A stretch of 64,000 nt of DNA from the NCBI GenBank assembly GCA_964524885.1, contig CAZGEJ010000003.1:97994-161993 (forward strand), read 5' to 3'. Under the pieces are notes generated by a model. It saw only the letters and a program-made list of their open reading frames with translations. It did not search any database and was not told the DNA's origin. The DNA is from an uncultured Candidatus Binatia bacterium. Its GTDB lineage: Bacteria > Desulfobacterota > Binatia > HRBIN30. Both the position numbers and the translations under genes were made by a program. Each line of letters begins with the position of its first letter. The first letter of the stretch is position 1. Shown piece after piece: positions 56,756 through 64,000 of this stretch.

Positions 56756-57693
56756 CAGTGGATGTCCACGTGATGGCGGTTGCGCAGCTCTTCGCGTAGC
56801 CACTTTTCGTAACGCTCTTCGAGCGCGGCCTGGTAGAGCTTCTGCTTGATCTCGTCCGCCTGCCCTTCGAGAGGCTCGTACTTCTCGCCCTTGCGCTCGA
56901 CCAGTTCGACGATGTGCAAGCCCAACGGCCCACGCACCGGACGGCTGAACTCCCCCGGCTCCAATTTGGCGGCAGCCTCTTCCAGGCTGTCGATGAGTTC
57001 GCCGCTCTTGAACCAGCCGAGATTGCCGCCGTCCTTGCCGCTCGAGTCTTCGGAATACTTCTCCGCCATTTCGGCGAAGTCGGCACCGTCGACGAGTTGT
57101 TCGTAGACGGCTTCTGCCTTGGCGCGTACCGCGACTTCCTCCGCCGCCGGCGCATCTTCGTCGAGGCGGAAGACGATGTGCGCGACGCGGATTTCCGACG
57201 GCTGCGTGTACTTCGATAGATTGGCCTTGTAGTAGCGTTCGACCTCTTCCGGAGTGATGTTGACCTTGCCGCTGATCTCGCGGGCGATCAGACGCTGGCG
57301 CTGGACCTCGTCGCGAATCTGCTCACGGTAAGCGGCGAAGTCGATGCCCTGCTGCTGCAGGACGACCGCCAGCTGCGCGTCGTCGATGCGGTTGCGCTGC
57401 TTGATGTCGTTGATGAACAGGTCGATCTCGGCGTCTTCGACGACGATACCGGCGGCGGCCGCTTCTTTGTCGATGATCTTGTTGAGGATGAGAGCGTCGA
57501 GCGCTTCGCCCTCGGCGGCTTGGTCGCGGCCGCGGATGGTTTCGGAAAACTTGGCGACTTCGTACTGGGTGATCGGGTCGCCGTCGATCGTCGCGACGAT
57601 GCGATTGATCACCTCGGCCGACGCCGGCAGGGCAGCCAGCGTCAGCGCCAGCGTCAAGCCACGCGCGAAGCCGCGCACCGGGCGGATATTCAT
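56755..57693 (-). CDS. surA: SurA-like periplasmic chaperone/peptidyl-prolyl isomerase (SurA N-domain plus one parvulin domain)
   Basis: Signal peptide. SurA_N-like region (INRIVATIDGDPITQYEV). Parvulin PPIase core (VRVAHIVFRLD...GGNLGWFKSGEL). Confidence 0.8.
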   Translation of the reverse strand: MNIRPVRGFARGLTLALTLAALPASAEVINRIVATIDGDPITQYEVAKFSETIRGRDQAAEGEALDALILNKIIDKEAAAAGIVVEDAEIDLFINDIKQRNRIDDAQLAVVLQQQGIDFAAYREQIRDEVQRQRLIAREISGKVNITPEEVERYYKANLSKYTQPSEIRVAHIVFRLDEDAPAAEEVAVRAKAEAVYEQLVDGADFAEMAEKYSEDSSGKDGGNLGWFKSGELIDSLEEAAAKLEPGEFSRPVRGPLGLHIVELVERKGEKYEPLEGQADEIKQKLYQAALEERYEKWLREELRNRHHVDIH

Positions 57694-60600
57694 CGCAGGG
57701 GAGTCTCCTCTCTCTTGCGCAACTGCAACAACACGGACTTGGTCTCCTCGACGATGCCGTCCCAGTCGGTGGCGTCCAGATCGAAGCTGAGCTGGAAGTC
57801 GGTCGACAGGCGGAAGCGTCCACCTCCCTTTTGCACCATCTCGACCAAGCGGTCGACCGACACGGGGGCCTCGGGATGGAATTGGAGAGAAACGACGCCT
57901 TGGCGCAGCGCGGCACGCGTGACCATCTCCGTCTTGAGGTAGCGCCGCAGGTCCATCAAGCGCAAGAAGCTGTCGGCGATCGGCGGGATGGGACCGAAGC
58001 GGTCGCGCAGTTCGTCGGCGATTTCCGCCAGCTCCTGGGCGCTCTTGGCGTCGGCCAGGCGGCGGTACAGCGCCAGCCGCTGCCCTTCGTCGGGGATGTA
58101 GCTTTCGGGGACGTAGGCCGGGATGCCGAGCTGGATCTCCGGCTCGACGACGCGGTGCACCTGCTGGCCGCGCAGCTCGTGCACGGCGTCTTCCATCATC
58201 TGCTGGTACAGCTCGAAGCCGACGGCGGTGATCTGGCCCGACTGCTGTTTGCCGAGCAGGTTGCCGGCGCCGCGGATCTCGAGGTCGTGCGCCGCCAGCT
58301 TGAAGCCGCCGCCGAGTTCGTCGAGTTCCTGCAGCGCCCGCAGCCGCATCTGCGCGTCCTTCGAGATCACCTGCTCGCCGGGAATCATCAGATAGGCGTA
58401 GGCGCGTTCGTGCGAGCGGCCGACGCGGCCGCGCAGCTGGTAGAGCTGGGCCAGGCCGAAGTGGTCGGCACGGTCGATGAGGATGGTATTGGCCTTGGGC
58501 ACGTCGATGCCCGACTCGATGATCGCCGAGCAGATGAGGACGTTGACCTTCTTCTCGAAGAAGTCGCGCATCACCTCTTCGAGCTTGCCCTCGCCCATCT
58601 GGCCGTGGGCGACGGCGAACTTGGCCTCGGGCACGAGCTGGCGTAGACGCTGCGCCATGATCTCGATCGTCTCGACGCGGTTGTAGACGTAGAACACCTG
58701 GCCGTCGCGCTCGAGTTCGCGCAGGATCGACTCGCGGATCAGGCCTTCGTCGTGACGCGTGACGTAGGTGCGGATCGCCAATCGGTCGATCGGCGGTGTC
58801 TCGATGACGCTCAGGTCGCGGATGCCGAGCAGCGACATCTGCAACGTGCGCGGGATCGGCGTCGCCGTCAGCGTCAGTACGTGCACCAGCTTGCGCATCT
58901 GCTTGATGCGCTCCTTGTGCTTGACGCCGAAGCGGTGCTCCTCGTCGATGACGAGCAAGCCGAGATCCTTGAACTCGATGTCCTTCTGCAGCAGGCGGTG
59001 CGTGCCGATGACGATGTCGACGGTACCGGCCTTGATCGCCTTGACGGTGTCGCGGATCTGCTCTTTGTCACAAAAACGCGACAGCGGCGCCACCCGCACG
59101 GGGTAGCCTTCGAGGCGGCGGCGGAAGGTGTCGTAGTGCTGCTGCGCCAACACGGTGGTCGGCACCAAGACGGCCACCTGATGCCCCGACAAGGCCGCGA
59201 GGAAGGCGGCGCGCACGGCGACCTCCGTCTTGCCGAAGCCGACGTCGCCGCAGATGAGGCGATCCATCGGCTTCTTCTGCTGCATGTCATGCACCACCTC
59301 GTCGATGGCGCGCTGCTGGTCGGGGGTCTCTTCGAAGGGGAAGGACGCCTCGAATTGGGCGAAGACTTCGTCGGGCGCCGACATCGGCTTGCCGTCGTTG
59401 ATCTCGCGCGCGGCGTAGATCTCGAGCAGCTCGTGCGCCATGGCGAGGATCGACTCGCGAGTCTGCCGTTTGACCTTCTCCCAGTTGGAGCTACCGAGCT
59501 TGTCGAGCGTCGGCGCGGCACCGTCGGAGCCGGTGTAACGCTGCACCAAGCTGATGCGGTCGACCGGTAGATACAAACGGTCGCCACCGGCGTACTCGAG
59601 GTGGAGGTAGTCGCCTTCGACGTTGGCGACGGAGAGGTGCTTGAGGCCGCGGAACTGGCCGACGCCGTGGTCGATGTGGACGACGTAATCGTCGGGCTTG
59701 AGCTGGCTCAGGTTCTTGAGCAGCTGCTGCACTTCGACGCGTTTCTGGCGCCGCCGCTGGCGTGCTTCGCCGAAGATGTCCGCCTCGGTCGCCAGCACCA
59801 GCCGATCGCCGGGCAGGCGGAAGCCGTTGGCGAGTTGGCCGACGAGCAAGAATGGGCCGGTGGCGCCGCTGCTCAGGCGGGTGGCCAGGCTCGTGTTCGG
59901 GTCGCCGAGGTCGACGTCGTGGTTGGCGAAGAGGCGGGTCAGACGTTGGGCATGGCCATCGGAGCGGGCGACGAGCATGACCCGCAGCCCGTCGCGTTTC
60001 CAGGCGCGGACCTTGTCGACGACCGGGGCGAACGACACGGCGTGGGCGCCGCCGACTTGTTCGATCTTGAGGTCGCGCGTGGCGAAGGAGTGGATGGTGG
60101 CGGTCGGTTTCTCGTCGGGCGCGACGAGCATTTCGAGCGGTTCGAGTTCGACCGAGGGCCAGCGCTTGGCGGCGGCGCGCCACTCGGAAGCGGACAGGAA
60201 CAACTTGTCGGGCTGCGGGAAGTAGCGGTGTTCGGCAGCGCGTTCGGCGGCGCGGCGTTCGACGGTCGCCCAAGCCTTGCTCAAGCCGGCCTCGACGTCG
60301 GCGGGGTTGTCGACCCACAGCACGCAGTCGCCCGGCAGGTGATCGAGCAAGGTATCGAGCTGCTCGTGGAAGAACGGCAGAAAGAACTCGACGCCGGGCA
60401 CCACCAAGCCGTTGCCGAGGGCATCGAGCAGTTGATTGCGCTCGTCGCGCGCCAGCTCGAGATCGTGCAGGCGCAACTCGATGGCGTAGAGATTGTCGCG
60501 GTCGGTCTGTGCCGTCAGGTCGAACTCGCGCACCGGCAGCAACAGGGCTTCGGCCTGGGTTTCGCCGGAGCGTTGGGTGACCGGGTCGAACTCGCGGATC

Positions 60601-61259
60601 GCCTCGATCATGTCGCCGAACAGCTCGATGCGCAGCGGCTGCCCGTGGGCCGGTGGAAAGACGTCGAGGATGCCGCCGCGGATGCTGAACTCGCCGCGGT
60701 CCTCGACCAAGCCGATGCGGCGGTAGCCCCAGGCGTCGAGGTCGCGGGCGATACGTTCGAGGTCGACCTCGCCGCCTTCGACGAGGTAGTGCATGCGGCC
60801 GGCGAAGCCCGTCTTGGGCGGCACCCGCTGCAGCAGGGCGTCGGGGGTGGTGACGAGGATCGGATTCTTGCTCTGATGCAGGTGGAAGAGGCCTTCGATG
60901 CGGGCGGCCACCACCTCGGGGGTCGGGGAGATGTCTTCGAAGGGAACCACGTCCCAGGCGGGGAAGAGGTGCACCCGGCGGGCCAAGGGCGGGGTCGACT
61001 CGGTTTCGCCGAAGAAGAAGCGCAGATCGTCGACCAGAGCCTCGGCCTCTTGGGCGTTGGCGGCGACGATTAGGTAGGGGCGCGGCAGACGCGCGGCGGC
61101 GCGCCAGAGGAAGTAGGCGCGGGCGCCGCCGTGGAGGCCTTGGAGCTGAAACGGACGGCGGTCGTCGGCGCGCTGCAGGTGCGCCAGGAGGCGTTCGAGA
61201 GCCTTTTCGACCTCGGCCCCGGAGGTCGAGCGGGAACGAGCGGGTTCGGCGGTGGACAT
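57690..61259 (-). CDS. mfd: Transcription-repair coupling factor
   Basis: UvrB-homology N-terminus. Superfamily-2 helicase motifs ([12 protein letters not shown]; DEEHRFGV; TATPIPRT). The TRG motif lies in [21 protein letters not shown]-terminal domain. Start set at MSTAEPA. Confidence 0.95.
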   Translation of the reverse strand: MSTAEPARSRSTSGAEVEKALERLLAHLQRADDRRPFQLQGLHGGARAYFLWRAAARLPRPYLIVAANAQEAEALVDDLRFFFGETESTPPLARRVHLFPAWDVVPFEDISPTPEVVAARIEGLFHLHQSKNPILVTTPDALLQRVPPKTGFAGRMHYLVEGGEVDLERIARDLDAWGYRRIGLVEDRGEFSIRGGILDVFPPAHGQPLRIELFGDMIEAIREFDPVTQRSGETQAEALLLPVREFDLTAQTDRDNLYAIELRLHDLELARDERNQLLDALGNGLVVPGVEFFLPFFHEQLDTLLDHLPGDCVLWVDNPADVEAGLSKAWATVERRAAERAAEHRYFPQPDKLFLSASEWRAAAKRWPSVELEPLEMLVAPDEKPTATIHSFATRDLKIEQVGGAHAVSFAPVVDKVRAWKRDGLRVMLVARSDGHAQRLTRLFANHDVDLGDPNTSLATRLSSGATGPFLLVGQLANGFRLPGDRLVLATEADIFGEARQRRRQKRVEVQQLLKNLSQLKPDDYVVHIDHGVGQFRGLKHLSVANVEGDYLHLEYAGGDRLYLPVDRISLVQRYTGSDGAAPTLDKLGSSNWEKVKRQTRESILAMAHELLEIYAAREINDGKPMSAPDEVFAQFEASFPFEETPDQQRAIDEVVHDMQQKKPMDRLICGDVGFGKTEVAVRAAFLAALSGHQVAVLVPTTVLAQQHYDTFRRRLEGYPVRVAPLSRFCDKEQIRDTVKAIKAGTVDIVIGTHRLLQKDIEFKDLGLLVIDEEHRFGVKHKERIKQMRKLVHVLTLTATPIPRTLQMSLLGIRDLSVIETPPIDRLAIRTYVTRHDEGLIRESILRELERDGQVFYVYNRVETIEIMAQRLRQLVPEAKFAVAHGQMGEGKLEEVMRDFFEKKVNVLICSAIIESGIDVPKANTILIDRADHFGLAQLYQLRGRVGRSHERAYAYLMIPGEQVISKDAQMRLRALQELDELGGGFKLAAHDLEIRGAGNLLGKQQSGQITAVGFELYQQMMEDAVHELRGQQVHRVVEPEIQLGIPAYVPESYIPDEGQRLALYRRLADAKSAQELAEIADELRDRFGPIPPIADSFLRLMDLRRYLKTEMVTRAALRQGVVSLQFHPEAPVSVDRLVEMVQKGGGRFRLSTDFQLSFDLDATDWDGIVEETKSVLLQLRKREETPLR

Positions 61260-61362
61260 GGGCGTCGGAGGATAGCAGGCGGAAACGGCGTGCATAGCAA
61301 TCGCCCCGGGGGTGAACAAACCGCGCGTTGAGGCGCCGGGGTGGATTCGCTAGGTTCGCCGC

Positions 61363-61695
61363 ATGCCCACTCCCGACGAGTTGTATGATCAAGCGGTCGA
61401 CGCGATCGCCGACGGCGACGTGCCGGCGGCGGTCGGACATTACCAAGCGGCACTGGAGCTCGACCCGAACTTCGCCGACGCCTGGGAGGGGTTGTCGATG
61501 GCGTTGGCGGATCTGGAGCGCTGGCCCGAGGCGATCGCGGCGGCTCTCAAGGTGGTGGAGCTGACGCCCGAGGAGCAGCTGGCGTACACGAACGTATCGC
61601 GCATCTACCAGCGCGCCGGCGACGTACCCGAGGCGGAAGCTTGGGCGGCCAAAGCGCGCGTCCTGGATTGGAAGCAGCAGATCAAGAAAGTCTGA
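61363..61695 (+). CDS. Small TPR-repeat protein (110 aa)
   Basis: Two to three TPR-like helix pairs (AVGHYQAALELDPNFADAWEGLSMAL...WPEAIAAALKVVELTPE). Confidence 0.6.
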   Translation: MPTPDELYDQAVDAIADGDVPAAVGHYQAALELDPNFADAWEGLSMALADLERWPEAIAAALKVVELTPEEQLAYTNVSRIYQRAGDVPEAEAWAAKARVLDWKQQIKKV

Positions 61696-61776
61696 CAAGT
61701 CCGACCTGTCTGACCTGTCTGACCTGTCTGACCTGTCTGATCTGTCTGACTTATCAGACTTGTCGGACTTGTCAGA
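61690..61776. repeat. 9-bp tandem repeat array (GTCTGACCT and variants), about 9-10 copies, filling the whole intergenic space between the TPR gene stop and the GNAT gene stop
   Basis: gtctgacaagtccgacctgtctgacctgtctgacctgtctgacctgtctgatctgtctgacttatcagacttgtcggacttgtcaga. Confidence 0.9.
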
Positions 61777-62740
61777 AGCGGTCGGACAGCCAGTAGACGC
61801 TGGCGTCGGGCGGCAGGGCTCGCAGCCAGAAATCCGGCGCCTCGACCTCGGCCGCGGGGCAGCCTAGGCGGCGCGCCAACGCCGCGGCGTCGACGACGCG
61901 CCACATCCAGAAATAATCGTCGACCATCTGCACCGTCGCGCCGGCTCGCGTCAGGCAGGCCAACACCTCGGGGAAGGTCCCAAGTTGGGTGGCCACGCCC
62001 GCTTCGCCGGCCGCCTCGACCGTCGCCAGGCGCTGCACCAGCGCCGCCAGGTCGGCGGCATGCCCGAGAGCGTGGGCCGATTCGATGAGCACGTACAGTC
62101 CATAGAGGCGGGTACCGCGGACGTAAGCGACGATGCGCCCGCCGCGGCGCGCCACGAGGAAGTCTTCGGTCAGCTGCCCGGCGGTATGCAACTGGCCGAG
62201 CCAATAAGCGCGGTCGCGTACCGTCGTGCCGGTCGTCGTCGCGTAGGCCGCATCATACATCGACCGCACCGCCTCCAGGTCGTCGAGCTCGAACGGCGCG
62301 ATCGTCGTATCGCCGGCGAGCTGCGTCGGCGCCGGTACGACGTAGGCCCAGCGGCGTGCATGGGATTGCCAACCCAAGCGACCGTAGAACTCCAGCCGGG
62401 TAGCGAACAGCAGGCTGACCTCGAAGCCGTGCCGCGGCATCGCCGCCAGCGCCGTCTCCAGCAACGCGGTCGAGATGCCGCGCTCGCGGTAGGCGGCGTC
62501 GGTGAAGACATTTCCCACCCCGGCCACCTCGACCACTGCTTCACCGAAGCGGACCTGTTTGCGCAGCACCTGCAGCGTCGCCACCAAGCGACCGCCCTCT
62601 TCCGCGACGAAGCAGAGGTCGTCGCGGAAGGTGGGGTCGTAGGCGAAGTAACGGGCGAAGTGGGCGCGGCTTTCGCCCTCCCAGTGGCCCAGCAGGTCGA
62701 GCACCGCCTCGCGCTCGCCGGTGTGGATCGTGCGGATCAT
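61772..62740 (-). CDS. GNAT-family N-acetyltransferase (Eis-like two-domain architecture)
   Basis: GNAT motif A region (GISTALLETALAAMPRHGFEVSLLF; Q/R-x-x-G-x-G/A-like ERGISTAL) and a C-terminal extension. Bracketed on both sides by 9-bp tandem repeat arrays. Confidence 0.8.
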   Translation of the reverse strand: MIRTIHTGEREAVLDLLGHWEGESRAHFARYFAYDPTFRDDLCFVAEEGGRLVATLQVLRKQVRFGEAVVEVAGVGNVFTDAAYRERGISTALLETALAAMPRHGFEVSLLFATRLEFYGRLGWQSHARRWAYVVPAPTQLAGDTTIAPFELDDLEAVRSMYDAAYATTTGTTVRDRAYWLGQLHTAGQLTEDFLVARRGGRIVAYVRGTRLYGLYVLIESAHALGHAADLAALVQRLATVEAAGEAGVATQLGTFPEVLACLTRAGATVQMVDDYFWMWRVVDAAALARRLGCPAAEVEAPDFWLRALPPDASVYWLSDRF

Positions 62741-62744
62741 GGGA

Positions 62745-62813
62745 GTCTGACTTGTCTGACCTGTCTGACTTGTCGGACTTGTCGGACCTGTCGGACGTGT
62801 CGGACGTGTCGGA

Positions 62814-62815
<2 letters not shown>
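62745..62815. repeat. 9-bp tandem repeat array (GTCTGACTT / GTCGGACNT), about 8 copies, filling the whole intergenic space between the GNAT start and the NMO stop
   Basis: The sequence reads gtctgacttgtctgacctgtctgacttgtcggacttgtcggacctgtcggacgtgtcggacgtgtcggacta. It has the same orientation as the 61690 array. Confidence 0.9.

Positions 62816-64000
<1,185 letters not shown>

Overview
This is a high-GC (about 70%) bacterial chromosomal segment, densely coded on both strands. I can support about 41 protein-coding genes. I saw no rRNA or tRNA genes, no transposases or integrases, and no CRISPR array. Six-frame ORF calling in DNA this GC-rich produces many long shadow ORFs on the opposite strand or in alternative frames. 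I assigned coding strand by recognisable protein motifs, by ribosome-binding sites upstream of starts, and by gene packing.

The content falls into these blocks:
- A housekeeping block: mfd-surA-pdxA with overlapping stop/start codons, glmS, a phosphomannomutase, a nucleotidyltransferase, and an FdhF/YdeP-like molybdoenzyme with fdhD.
- A glycan-metabolism cluster: GT2, a GH94-like gene and a GH15-like gene.
- A lipid or thiol-type cluster: an amidase, a PHA-synthase-like domain fused to an acyl-CoA synthetase, a PIG-L deacetylase and a GT4.
- A run of secreted proteins from 19.4 to 30.5 kb: a 10-bladed BNR/Asp-box propeller, two tandem paralogs of a His-rich monooxygenase-like protein, and a 1501-aa protein with Thr/Pro linkers and three repeated modules. 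The propeller and both paralogs carry the same two-loop EF-hand dockerin-like module. The overall layout resembles a cohesin-dockerin/scaffoldin assembly. I consider this the most promising candidate for a previously undescribed system.
- Unusual DNA features: 9-bp tandem repeat arrays (GTCTGACCT family) that exactly bracket a GNAT gene and recur at the 3' end of fdhD, where the repeats are translated into the protein's C-terminal tail; GGCTGA hexamer arrays after each monooxygenase-like paralog; a GGGCCAAG octamer inverted-repeat structure between manB and glmS; and a perfect 13-bp inverted repeat inside pdxA.

All functional calls come from motifs I recognise by eye and have not been checked against any database. 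I could not always reconcile my reading of the sequence with the ORF-track coordinates; where they disagreed I used the track-derived coordinates.
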